NCBI GenBank assembly: GCA_964016885.1
Contig: OZ024746.1
Location: 91,574,001-91,638,000 of the forward strand
Origin: Eledone cirrhosa
Taxonomy: Eukaryota
Length of the DNA stretch: 64,000 nt
Direction: 5' to 3'
Part shown: in pieces, positions 1-12,212 of the stretch
Layout of the letters: each line of letters opens with the position of its first letter
Position numbering within the stretch: position 1 is the first letter of the stretch
Program-made: the position numbers and the translations under genes
The notes under the pieces: generated by a model
Database searches by the model: none
What the model was told of the DNA's origin: nothing
What the model saw: only the letters and a program-made list of their open reading frames with translations

Positions 1-353
1 ATATAAATTATTTATCATGTTTTAGCCATTATTTCTAATATCTAAACATACATTATACTCAAGTTTTATGGATGATTATATCATTTTGGTACTTTTGTTA
101 TTTGTTTTGTTGATTTCGTTGTTATTTTTATATTTTTCATTGATGTTCTCCAAAATTGTGCCACGAGGGTTGTTTTCTTTATGATGGGGTGGGGGGGGGG
201 GGGTGACAATCAATATTTCTTTATTTAAAAGATATGTTAAATAAATAAAAATAAAATATCCAATATTTAACATTAGAGAAATGATGTCCTCTCAAGGGAT
301 CTATAGAGAACTGTGGTGTAAGATTAGGGTTTTAACAGTTTATATATTTGTGT

Positions 354-854
354 AAGAGAGAGAGGGGGTGCCAGGGAGAGAGGTGAGTGTGTGGGGGTGC
401 CATGGAGAGGGGTGAGTGTGTGAGGGGTGTGAGAGGGAGAGGGGGGAGTGTTAGAGAGGAAGAGTGTGAGTGGAGGGATGAGAGGGAGGAGGAGTGTGAG
501 AGAGAGAGGGTGTCAGAGAGAGTGGAGGGCAGTGTCACAGAGACAGGGGTGTCAGAGAGAGTGGGTGGGAGAGTGGGTGGGAGAGTGTGAGGGAGGGGGA
601 GACAGTGTGTTAGAGAGAGAGGCGGAGTGAGAGAGAGAGGGGGCTTCCCCAGAGGGTAGGGGGAGTGTGAGAGACAGTGGGATACAGTGTGTGTGTGAGA
701 GAGAGAGAAAGGGAGACTGTGTGTGAGAGAGAGGGAGAGACAGTGTGTGTGGGAGAGAGAGGGAGGGAGGGACAATGTGTGTGAGAGAGAGAGGGCGGGA
801 GAGACTGTGTGTGTGGGAGAGAGAGGGAGGGAGAGACAGTGTGTGAGAGAGAGA

Positions 855-897
<43 letters not shown>

Positions 898-1013
898 TGT
901 GCATGAAAGAGAGAGAGAAAGTGTGTGTGTCAGAGAGAGACAGAGTGAGAATGTGTGTGTGTCAGAGAGAGACAGAGTGAGAATGTGTGTGTATGAGAGA
1001 GAGAGGGATAGCA

Positions 1014-1059
<46 letters not shown>

Positions 1060-1173
1060 CATGTGTGTGTGTGTGTGAGAGAGAGATAGTATGTATGTGT
1101 GTATGAGAGAGAGAGAGAGAGAGATAGCATGTATGTGTGTGTGTGAGAGAGAGAGATAGTATGTATGTGTGTG
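354..1173. repeat. Compound GA/GT-rich low-complexity microsatellite
   Basis: Interleaved (GA)n and (GT)n runs; the overlapping ORFs are HT/LS/VC artefacts. Confidence 0.95.
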
Positions 1174-1832
1174 TTCCTTTAAGACCATGTGTCATTTTAT
1201 TTCAACACATCATACATTATATAGCAAGAGTAGAGAAAGCACACTTGCCCACATGTCGTATATATTAAATAAAAACTATTTTAAACAGCAATTTACTGCA
1301 GTTAAATTTTGTTTATTTGGGGTTTGTAAGAATACATAATTTTTTTTTTTTAATTTCAAATAGATTAGAAAATGAACAACATAAAATAAATCTGGAATGA
1401 GAAATATTGAACATTACCTTTTGGTATTGATGTCACCAAGGAGACAAAGACAACAACAAAAATAAAACTATAAATACAATATATTTACTGTAGACCTAGT
1501 ATAAGTATCTCTCTGATAACATCTCTCTCTTTAGTACAACTCACATTTACAAGCCTCCATATTTCCTTTCTCAACCAAACTTGTTCACCTTTATTATCAG
1601 ACATAAAAGCTTAGCTTGAAAACGAAATCCTTATGAAAGCTAGATATCTCAAATAAGATGTTTAGTCAAATACAATGGTACTTAGTGGTTAAAAGTCTCT
1701 CAATTGGTATGTAATCTAACTAGAGTCAAGTGTCTTGCCTAAGGTTACACAAGATATGGAATATAGGAGGAAAGAATTTCAATCATGTATTGATCAGGGG
1801 TCTGCTATTTCTTTTTAGTTTGGATCAATATG

Positions 1833-1870
<38 letters not shown>

Positions 1871-1990
1871 AATTACTTCTACAGGACTAGATCTATTTTA
1901 TTTGAATGAAATCATCAGTTCTATTCCTGTAGAGTAATAAAGGTTCCTATATTCTACCAATGTACTGAGAACCTATTTTAACTCAGGGAA

Positions 1991-2014
1991 TCTCTCTCTC
2001 TCTCTCTCTCACAC

Positions 2015-2045
<31 letters not shown>

Positions 2046-2143
2046 TGTATGTATGTATGTATGTATGTATGTATGTATGTATGTATGTATGTATGTATGT
2101 ATGTATGTGTGTATGCGTGTGCGTGTGCGTGTGCGTGTGTGTG
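1991..2143. repeat. (TC)n-(TATG)n-(TGCG/TG)n microsatellite
   Basis: About 22 TATG units flanked by dinucleotide runs. Confidence 0.95.
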
Positions 2144-2496
2144 TAATGAGATTTTTGCAGACAGAAGTACAAATAATAACAGACACAAGGTTAGAAATTT
2201 GGAGAAATAGTTCAGTCAATTAAATCAACCCAGTATTTAACTGCTATTCTATGTTATCGACTCCTAGAAGGACGAAAGGGGAAGATGACATCAGCTGAAT
2301 TTGAACTGAAACCATAAAGAGCTAGAACAAATATCACCTGGTATTTTTGTCAGATGCCTTAATGAGTTTACCAATCCAATATAATAAGGCCGGCAATTTG
2401 GAGAAGTAAAATCAATTATATTGACCCCAGTACTTAATTTTATCAGCCTCCGAAGGATAAAAGGCAAAGTTGACCTTACCAGGATTTAAGCTCAGA

Positions 2497-2655
2497 CTTA
2501 GTTATCAACCCAGCCAAAACCAGCTCTGGTTCAATGATATAAAACCACCCATTTTAAAGGTTTCTAATTTAAATTAAAATCTAACATATTAGAACTTTAC
2601 ATTAAGTTACTAAAATTATTAATTATTTCATTACTAATTAGTAACTCCCTCGAAA
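2497..2655 (+). mobile_element. Fragment of a MITE-like repeat (same family as 37970-38270)
   Basis: cccagccaaaac(c)agctctggttc...aaaccacccattttaaagg matches 37988-38040. Confidence 0.6.
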
Positions 2656-3269
2656 TTCTGGGTGTTGACGAAATCGAACTGACCAGCCTGTCCCGGAGGA
2701 TTTCTGAGCCAGGGACTATATGAATAGCTTCTAGAAATCCCTCGCTTAGCAGTGCTACCAGAGGGCACCACTGCTGGTTCAAGATAAACTCTAGAGGCAC
2801 AAAAGTGCGATAAGACAGACCTATTCGAGATGTATGCAGAATGATTAAACCATTCTGCACACATTCATCTACTGTTTATGCATTACTGACTTGTGGAGTT
2901 ATGTTGTTGTGTGTGGGATGGATCAGGCTCTCAACTGAGTTCACAGTGAAGATCACTTCTGTTAACACAAGAAGGGCAGGCAGTTTTCCTTTGCATGGTG
3001 GCCGTAGTGAAAGATGTTGTGTGGTGGACAAGGTTGAAATGACTGAAGACAGACACTTTTCTCTTTGACCAATCAACTTTCTCAAGTTTCACAACAAAAT
3101 TGTTGGCCTTGTGCCGAAATGAGAATTATTATCAGTACAAAAATCAATGAAGTGATCCAATATTGGAGCTTCTGAAGTTTAAATGGTGGAAAACAGGTGA
3201 GATTAACAAAATATTTCATGAGAATTATTGAAGTTCTCATCACTGAGTTGTTGTAGAGGGGTAAGAAGA

Positions 3270-3441
3270 CCAACAACAACAACACCAATAACAACACCAA
3301 CAAGAACACCAACACCAACACCAACAACAATAACACCAACACCAATAACAACAACAACACCAACACCATCTAAGATGAACAGATAGAAGAAAATAAGACC
3401 ACCACCAACAACAACAACAGCAACAGCAACAGCAACAACAA
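3270..3441. repeat. (CAA/CAC/CAG)n trinucleotide repeats
   Basis: Direct reading. Confidence 0.9.
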
Positions 3442-3878
3442 GGAGAAAGTGGTAGATGAATCAATCAATAAATGTGAACATCTATTGGCAAAATAAGATA
3501 AAGATAAGTCTTATAACATCTCCATATTGAAGAGTAATTTAGAAACTTCTAGAAATCATCACAAGCTTTTCTTTCGCATTTTTATTTTTTTATATATATA
3601 TATATATATATATTTCTTATTTATTTATATATATATATATTTCTTATTTATTTATATATATATATATATATTTCTTATTTATTTATATATATATCATCAT
3701 CATCATTTTACGTCCGCTTTTCCCTGCTTATTTATTTATTTATTTATATATATATATATAAGCAAATGGATATTTAATTTGTTGGTAATTCATAACAGAT
3801 TCGAAGCACTCAACAAATTTTCTGGAGTATAATATCAATGATATTAATAAATGGAAACTATATTTATAAAACCATATC

Positions 3879-3937
3879 TATTCAATTATATATATTTCAA
3901 GGGTAGCAAAACTGGTATGCTCTCATCAGATAAAATA
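3879..3937 (-). ncRNA. Minimal type I hammerhead ribozyme
   Basis: Reverse complement of 4074-4132. Confidence 0.65.
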
Positions 3938-4073
3938 CAAAGTTTGTTTTATAAATATTGACATATCTAGGAATGAGACCTTAACAGTTCAAGTTTAACC
4001 TGGATAGTCAGGTTAAACTTGAACCCTTAAGGTCTCATTCCTGGATACGTCAATATTTATAAAACAAACTTTG

Positions 4074-4132
4074 TATTTTATCTGATGAGAGCATACCAGT
4101 TTTGCTACCCTTGAAATATATATAATTGAATA
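4074..4132 (+). ncRNA. Minimal type I hammerhead ribozyme
   Basis: tattttat-CTGATGA-gag...ctt-GAAA-tatata-TA|attgaata; stem I has one mismatch and stem II is weak. Confidence 0.65.
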
Positions 4133-4173
4133 GATATGGTTTTATAAATATAGTTTCCATTTATTAATATCAT

Positions 4174-4271
<98 letters not shown>

Positions 4272-4387
4272 AAGGAAGTGTGGTAAGGAACCAGGTGGAC
4301 CATAACACACCAGAGTAGCCGTCGAAACAGCTTGAGCTCTGCCATCGGGGTTAAACATTTTCCTATATATATATATATATATATATT

Positions 4388-4699
4388 ATCATCGTCATTT
4401 CATTTTACGTCCGCTTTTTCCCCTGCTTGCAAGGGTGGGACGGGAACTGATTCTAGCTTGAATTCTACAGTTGGATGCCCTTCCTAACACCAACCTGATT
4501 TACAGTGAGTGCTGACCACTTTGCAGTGGAATGACAGGGACCCCAGTCCCTATCATCTCATTGCTACAGCTGAGTAAACAGGAGCAATGTGAAATAAAGT
4601 GTCTTGCTCAAGGAAACAACACATCACCCAGTCTGAGAATTGAACTCACAACCTTTCGATTGCAAGGCCAATGCTCTAACCACTAAGCCATGTGCCTCC
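4388..4699 (-). mobile_element. tRNA-derived SINE with RTE-type 3' tail (family A)
   Basis: Minus-strand A box tggcttagtgg, B box gagttcaattc, central ccttgagcaagacacttt, and a 3' end shared with the RTE 3' UTR. Confidence 0.85.
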
Positions 4700-4842
4700 A
4701 CAATATATATATATATATATATATATATCTATATATATATATATAGTAATAATAAATTTGAAGACTAAAATCCAAAGAGGGGCTCGATAAGGTTAAATAT
4801 ATAAGAACCGTAGAGCAAATATTTATTAAAATAACAGATTAA

Positions 4843-4893
4843 AGTTTAAGCAAAGAATCGCTGCTTTCACTCTTAACGGGATCTTCTGAAACT
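4843..4893 (-). ncRNA. Hammerhead-like motif with variant core CAGAAGA
   Basis: agttt-CAGAAGA-...-GAAA-gca...tgc-TT|aaact; second copy at 20918. Confidence 0.4.
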
Positions 4894-5608
4894 CATCATC
4901 ATCACCGTTTTACGTCCGCTCTTCCACGCTTGCATGGGTTAGGCGGGTTGTCCTGTTGTGGGCAGTGTCTGGTCGTCTGACCATGCCTTGCTCATACAGG
5001 AACTGATTTGGCTTGATTTCTACAGCTGGATGCCCTTCTTAACACCAACCTCATTTACAGTGAGTGCTGGGTGCTTTTTCGTGGCGCCTACACGTCCACT
5101 TTACAGTGTGAGCTGGGTGCTTTTTTGCCGTGGCACCTCCACGACCACCTTGCGGTGGGGGGTGTGGGGGCATATTGTCTATCTGCTTCAGCTTGTACTC
5201 ATGGGAGGTCGGGTACTCTGTATTACTGCATGACGCCAGAGGTCACGGTCGTGTGTCATTGCCTTTGAGAGGTGTAATTGGGTAAGGTCGGCTTTTATCA
5301 CCTCATCCCAGGTCATCTTGGGTCTCCCCACTCCGCGGTTTCCATCGACTTCTAGTGCTCTGCACCTTTTTATGCAGCTGTCATCCTTCATACGTATCAC
5401 ATGTCCATACCAGCGCAACCGCCTCTCCTGCACACCATTTGATTCCTCTTATGCTCAGTCTCTCTCTCAATTCATTTATGCTTCGTCGTTCACGTATATT
5501 ACTGTTACACATCCATCGGAGCATGCAGGCTTCGTTTCTCTTTAATCTACGTAAGTCTTCCACCTTCAGCGCCCAGGTCTCACTACCATGCAGCATTGCT
5601 GTTCGGAT
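4893..5608 (-). mobile_element. RTE LINE, 3' part of an older antisense copy
   Basis: Translates to IRTAMLHGSETWAL...QERRLRWYGHV...; carries the 3' UTR and (GAT)n tail; reverse complement of about 8220-8945. Confidence 0.95.
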
Positions 5609-5765
5609 TAAAGAGAACTATTTTTCTCTTAGTAGTTTTTCATGACATTATTATTGTTAATTTTACTGATGTAGTATTAACTTGGATATTTACCATGCGG
5701 TATTCTAATCCGATTGTATCTCTCTCAGTTATTTACCATGCGACCCTCAGTTCCTACCTCACAAT

Positions 5766-8642
5766 TTCTGGGTGGGAAATGACGATGGGATGGGTGGTGT
5801 AGGTATACTATTAGCTGACAAGTGGGTAGATAAAGTAATCTCAGTGTACAGGGTAAATGCAAGAATCATTAAACTCAGACTAGTCCTGAATAAGACAATT
5901 ACCACAATAATATCAGCTTACGCACCCCAATCGGGGCTGCCAGACGAACTTAAGGATAGGTTTTACGAGTCCCTAATACACACTACTGCTCTAACAGACG
6001 ACAAGGACTTCCTAATCATTGCAGGAGATTTTAACAGACACGTAGGTAAACACTGCAACGGCTTCAATAGAGTACATGGAGGCCATGGAGTTGGCACAAG
6101 GAATGAGGAAGGATTCAGACTTCTAGAATTCTGCGACGCCAATGACATGTCGATATGTAACACAAACTTTAAAAAACCCGACAACCACCTGATCACCTAT
6201 AGATCAGGGGAGCACTCTAGTCAGTTAGATTTTATCCTCATCAGAGGACGTGACAGATGGACGGTCATAAACACAAAAGCCTTCCCTAGTGAGGAATGTA
6301 CATCCCAACATAGCTTAGTTGTCAGCGACCTCACGGTCAGAACTAGACGAGCCCTGAAACAGAGGCCAACCTGGAGAAGAAAGATCTGGAAGCTGAAAGT
6401 CCCCTCAACCAGTAACAGATTTAAAGATATTTTACTCAACGCCTACGACAGTAAAGAAGAACAGATAGAGACATTTAACGTAGAAGAGAACTGGGAGTTC
6501 CTAAAAAATAACTTACTAGAGGCGACGGATGAGGTTTGTGGCTGGAGTAAGACCTCAAGCAGGAGGAGAGTGACTTGGTGGTGGAACAATAAGGTAGATG
6601 AAGCAGTCAAGGCCAAGAGACAGGCATGGAAAGAATGGAAGAACGGGGGGAGCAGGGTACATTACATAGAGACCAAGAGGGAAGCTAGGCGACAAGTATA
6701 CTTAGCTAGGAGGGAAGCAGAGGATAGAAAATTCAAGCATGTTTTACAACGTGAGGACCAGAAACAGGAGGTATTCAAGATTGCGAGGCAGTGTGTCAGA
6801 GATAGTTGTGATGTCATTGGAGAGAAGTGTATCCGGAATGATAAAGGTGAGCTTGCCCTCACAAGTGCTGAGAAGAAAGATGCATGGAAGAGTCATTATG
6901 ATAGATTACTAAATGAGGAGAATGCATGGGAAGAAGAGACCCTACCCCACGTAGACCCTATAGAGGGACCAGCAGTACAAGTCAGCGGCAGCGTAGTAAG
7001 TAAGGCAATCAGAGATATGAAGATAGGGAAGGCAACCGGTCCATCGGGTATAGCTGCCGAGATGCTGAAGGCATCTGGGTCTGTAGGTCACACTATAACC
7101 ACACGTATCGTTAACCAGGTAATACTAGAGGGGGCCATACCAAAAGATTGGTGCAGTAGCATCATTGTCAACTGCTACAAAGGTAAAGGCGATGCACTAG
7201 ATAGAGGAAACTATAGAGGTATAAAGTTGATGGACCAGGTCATGAAAGTAACAGAAAGAGTTATAGCACAGCTGATTAGGGACCGGGTGAATATAGACGA
7301 GATGCAATTTGGGTTTGTACCAGGGAAAGGCACCACTGATGCCCTCTTCCTTGTGAGGCAATTACAGGAAAAGTACCTAGCTAAAAGTAAGCCACTCTAA
7401 TTGGCATTTGTCGACCTTGAGAAAGCCTTTGACAGAGTTCCACGTGCAGTAATCTGGTGGGCTCTTAGAAAACTAGGAGTAGATGAATGGCGTGTGAAAG
7501 CGGTACAAGCCATGTATAGGGGAGCAGTCAGCAAAGTTAGGATTGGCAATGAGTATAGCGAGGAATTTAGCATACAGGTTGGGGTCCACCAGGGCTCTGT
7601 TCTTAGCCCTCTCCTGTTCATCATAGTCCTGCAGGCAATAACGGAGGAGTTTAAGACCGGATGCCCATGGGAACTCCTGTATGCTGATGACCTCGCACTC
7701 ATAGCTGAATCTATGGTAGAACTAGAGAATAAATTCCAAACCTGGAAGCAGGGACTAGAGAGAAAGGGCCTCAAAGTCAACATGACAAAGACTAAGGTCC
7801 TTATAAGTAGACGAGAAAACAGAACCCAGATCCCCTCAGGGAAATGGCCTTGCTCAGTATGTAGGAAAGGTGTAGGTAGGAACTCCATTCTCTGCCCCAA
7901 ATGCAAACAATGGGTACACAAGAGATGTAGCGGGATCTCAGGAAGCTTAATTAAGAATGTAGGATTCACATGCAGCAGCTGTGCTGAAACAGCAAGCAAA
8001 CAGCCACAGGAAACAAGTACCACCAATCTCTGGGAGGGCCCTGTAGAAACAGTAGACAGCTTCTGCTACCTAGGTGACCGAATTAGCAACGGAGGTGGGT
8101 GCTCAGAAAGTACAATAACTAGGGTAAGAACAGGATGGAAGAAGTTTAGGGAACTACTACCACTGCTAGCTGCAAAAGGCTTCTCCCTCAGAATGAAAGG
8201 CAGACTGTATGATGCGTGTATCCGAACAGCGATGTTGCATGGTAGTGAGGCCTGGGCGCTGAAGGTGGAAGACTTACGTAGATTAGAGAGAAACGAAGCC
8301 TGCATGCTCCGATGGATGTGTAACAGTAATATACGTGAACGACAAAGCATAAAGGAATTGAGAGAGAGACTGAGCATAAGAGGAATCAAATGCTGCGTGC
8401 AGGAGAGGCGGTTACGCTGGTATGGACATGTGATGCGTATGAAGGATGACAGCTGCATAAAAAGGTGCAGAGCACTAGAAGTTGATGGAAACCGCGGAGT
8501 GGGGAGACCCAAGATGACTTGGGATGAGGTGATAAAAGCCGACCTTACCCAACTACACCTCTCAAAGTCAATGACACACGACCGTGACTTCTGGCGTCAC
8601 GCAGTAATACAGGGTACCCGACCTCCCATGGGTACATGCTGA
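5766..8642 (+). pseudogene. APE endonuclease + reverse transcriptase polyprotein of an RTE LINE, N-terminally truncated, one in-frame stop
   Basis: APE motifs SAYAPQ, AGDFN, SQLDFIL. RT motifs QFGFVPGKGTTDALF, AFVDLEKAFDRV, GVHQGSVLSPLLF, LYADDL, FCYLG. TAA at 7398-7400 falls in KPL*LAFVD (normally Tyr), and ORFs 5772-7400 and 7401-8642 are in the same frame. Confidence 0.95.
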
Positions 8643-8950
8643 AGCATATAAACAATATGCCCCCCCCCCCCCCCCACCGCAAGGTGGTCGTGGAGGTGCC
8701 ACGGCAAAAAAAGCACCCAGCCCACACTGTAAAGTGGACGTGTAGGCGCCACGAAAAAGCACCCAGCACTCACTGTAAATGAGGTTGGTGTTAGGAAGGG
8801 CATCCAGCTGTAGAAATCAAGCCAGATCAGTTCCTGTATGAGCAAGGCATGGTCAGCCGACCAGACACTGCCCGCAACAGGACAACCCGTCTAACCCATG
8901 CTAGCGTGGAAGAACGGACGTAAAACGGTGATGATGATGATGATGATGAT
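5766..8950 (+). mobile_element. RTE-clade non-LTR retrotransposon, 5'-truncated, with 3' UTR and (GAT)n tail
   Basis: Single APE-RT reading frame followed by about 290 nt of UTR ending in gatgatgatgat. Confidence 0.97.
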
Positions 8951-9690
8951 ACACGCATCATACAGTCTGCCTTTCATTCTGAGGGAGAAGCCTTTTGCAG
9001 CTAGCAGTGGTAGTAGTTCCCTAAACTTCTTCCATCCCGTTCTTATCCTAGTTATTGTACTTTCTGAACACCCACCTCCGCTGCTAATTCGGTCACCTAG
9101 GTAGCAGAAGCTGTCTACTGTTTCTACAGAGCCCTCCCAGAGATTGGTGGTACTTGTTTCCTGTGGCTGTTTGCTGCCCCAGCACAGCTGCTGCATGTGA
9201 AGCCTACATTCTTAATTAAGCTTCCTGAGATCCCGCTACATCTCTTGTGTACCCATTGTTTGCATTTGGGCAGAGAATGGAGTTCCTACCTACATCTTTT
9301 CTACATACTGAGCAAGGCCATTTCCCTGAGGGGATCTGGGTTCTGTTTTCTCATCTACTTACAAGGACCTTAGTCTTTGTCATGTTGACTTTGAGACCCT
9401 TTCTTTCTAGTCCCTGCTTCCAAGTTTGGAATTTATTCTCTAGTTCTACCATAGATTCAGCTATAATGTGAGGTCATCAGCATACAGGAGTTCCCATGGG
9501 CATCCGGTCTTAAACTCCTCCGTTATTGCCTGCAGGACTATGATGAACAGGAGGGGGCTAAGAACAGAGCCCTGGTGGACTCCAACCTGTACGCTAAATT
9601 CCTCGCTATACTCATTGCTAATCCTAACTTTGCTGACTGCTCCCCTATACATGGCTTGTACCGCTTTCACAAGCCATTCATCTACTCTTA
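8948..9690 (-). mobile_element. RTE LINE, RT part of the older antisense copy
   Basis: Minus-strand KAVQAMYRG...LYADDL...RLYDACI with small deletions; continues at 5608. Confidence 0.95.
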
Positions 9691-9699
9691 GTTTATATA

Positions 9700-10088
9700 T
9701 ATAAACGTTTGTATTTGTAAATCCAAAACAATGCAGGTATGGGTATAGAATATAAATGCAAATGCAAAAGATATTGTTGACAATTAGCCTTTTACCTTAA
9801 ATTTATTTAAATATCCTTAATTTTCAAGATAATATCTCTTCTTCGGAGGGAAGTAAATTTGTTAAACCAGCGTTCTAAATAGCTATAATATATTGACTTG
9901 GCAAGCTATTTAGAACACTGGTTTAACAACTTTACTTCCCTCCGAAGAAGAGATATTATCTCGAAAATTAAGGATATTTAAATAAATTTAAGGTAAAAGA
10001 CTAATTGCCAACAATATCTTTTGCAATTGCATTTATATTTTATATCCATACCTCCATTGTTTTGGCTTTACAAATACAAACGTTTATA
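9700..10088. mobile_element. Fold-back element with a variant hammerhead in each arm
   Basis: About 185-bp imperfect inverted arms; at 9938-9973 ccct-CCGAAGA-a-gagat/atctc-GAAA-at-TA|agg. Confidence 0.65.
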
Positions 10089-10186
10089 CATCATTACACA
10101 ATGCTTCAAGTGAACTATAACTTCCTCCTTCTCATATATATATTAATTCAAAATATTAACAAAATAGAACTTCTTGTGATCAAGTA

Positions 10187-10253
10187 TATTTTATTATACA
10201 TATTTCAGAGGTACTGAGCTAACTTCAACAGTACGTCCTCATCAGATAAAATA
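10187..10253 (-). ncRNA. Minimal type I hammerhead ribozyme
   Basis: tattttat-CTGATGA-ggacgtactg...cagtacctct-GAAA-tatgta-TA|ataaaata; perfect 8-bp stem I. Confidence 0.85.
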
Positions 10254-11065
10254 GGATGATGCATGACATACCCTGACATATAAGATGGTTAAGATGAGGG
10301 GAAAATATAGCTAGAAGAGTTATAGAGAGCAAAAGAGAATTGATCAAGGAAAGGGAAACAAAGAGGAATAATTATAATTATACATTTGGGCATAGCTATG
10401 CGATAGAGTAAACTCGAATCATTGAATTATCTAGAAATATTCATCAATCTAAATCCTAAATATAACTGGGTGTAATCAATAAAGGTTAATTTCCTTAGTT
10501 AATTAGCTATATATACTATCCAAACGTATCCTGTTAACCGTTAACTTTCAAATCATTTAAGTTAGTTCAGAGTAATGAATTAATTAAAGTGTATAATATT
10601 TCAGGCTATAAAAATTTATAAATATCTGTATTAATATTAAAGTATACTATCATATTTAATTTATAAAATCATATTTTATGAATTCATATTTAAACTATTT
10701 GCAAACATGAGAGAGAATACATGCTATTTTTCATCCTCTCGAAGGTAAATCTTAATAATTTTATTATAATATATTTAATTATTTATATTATATTGAAGAT
10801 AATTCGCATTATATAATTTATAAAATAATTACAGTTATAATTTTTAAAAACTCAGATTAACAATTAGAATGCCTTAAAGCATCAAAAGGCCTTAAACTTA
10901 AAAAAGTTTATTATTAAATTAGATATATGCATTTGTCTAAATATAAACAAAGATTATATTGTCTAAAGATTAAGATGATACCTATCATTTATATATAACA
11001 TAATATAATACAATAAATAAGTTACTGATAATATTGTTAAAAATTAAGGTTTTAGATCAATTATT

Positions 11066-11168
11066 ATAATTGTTTCTACTTTAGGCACAAGGCCAGCAAT
11101 TACCCAGTGCATTACTGGTACTTTATTTTATCGACCCCGTAAGGATGAAAGGCAAAGTCAACCTCGGT
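11066..11168 (-). mobile_element. 5'-truncated SINE (family B)
   Basis: Reverse complement of gcctttcatccttacggggtcgataaaataaagtaccag...gctggccttgtgcc. Confidence 0.8.
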
Positions 11169-11982
11169 ATTATAATAAGGTCATGTAACACACATATACT
11201 ATAAATATACAAGTCAAACTTCTTGAATCATACGGATAAGAATCTGATTCAAAGTAAAAAAGTGAATTGTCTGCAATCTTAGATTTTCTTTATAAATTTA
11301 TAAAGTAGTATAATGTGTCTGCAAACATGAGAAAGCCTAAGGATTTCATTGACCCGAAGGTAAGCCAAATTTAATTAAATTAAATTAAATAATAATCGTT
11401 ATATAACTTAGAAAATTTAGGAAATATTTAGAACATATTTAACGATTATAACACTAGAAATCATTAAAGTATCTAAAGTACTTATCAATAATAATCATTA
11501 TATAAGTTAGAGAGTTTAGAAAATATTTAACGATTATAACACTTGAAAGTCATTAAAGTATTTAAAGTACTTATAAATGTAACTAGAAGCATGTTATTAT
11601 ACTAGATATACAGATTTGTTCAAATATAAATAGAGTATTCCAGATATTAGTGATCGATATACATATAATAAATAATTAGTACAATCATTGTTAGTAATGT
11701 TATAATTGAAGTTTTACATCAAGATAAGTGGGAAAAAGTTTGTCAACTAGTATGGTGTGATGTATATACCGTAAATATATTTAAATAAAAATATATAAAT
11801 CAAACTTCCTGAATCGTAAAACATACTCAAAATGAATAAATATACAAAAACATAAATGCATGAATGATTTACGGTACATTATAATTGTTAAGCGTATAAG
11901 TCATATATTTAAAAAGAAATATACAAGAATTCCACATATATATATATATATATATATTGGCAACATGACCCTCCCAAAGTTT

Positions 11983-12021
<39 letters not shown>

Positions 12022-12048
12022 CGCATGGCTTAGTGGTTAGAGCATTGC

Positions 12049-12104
<56 letters not shown>

Positions 12105-12132
12105 GCGCATGGCTTAGTGGTTAGAGCATTGC

Positions 12133-12175
<43 letters not shown>

Positions 12176-12212
12176 CAACATGACCCTCCCAAAGTATAAC
12201 AATATATATATA

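Larger units (their letters stand above)
3760..4179. mobile_element. Fold-back Penelope-like pLTR remnant with two inverted hammerheads
   Basis: About 170-bp inverted arms (3832-4179, centre about 4005, few mismatches), a one-sided tail at 3760-3831 and (TA)n on both flanks. Confidence 0.75.

Noticed and set aside
2640-3085. Minus-strand ORFs with faint RT-like wording (STTQHLSLR...LPALLV)
   Set aside because: Too degenerate to assign by eye; needs an HMM search
3832-4179. Palindromes as sequencing fold-back artefacts
   Set aside because: The arms carry substitutions and indels, and the same families recur at several loci with one-sided tails, consistent with real insertions
7684-7690. CTGATGA hammerhead core (also 9474, 23636, 26306, 49145, 51616)
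   Set aside because: At 7684 and 9474 it encodes the RT YADD motif; the others lack a stem II-GAAA-NUH arrangement
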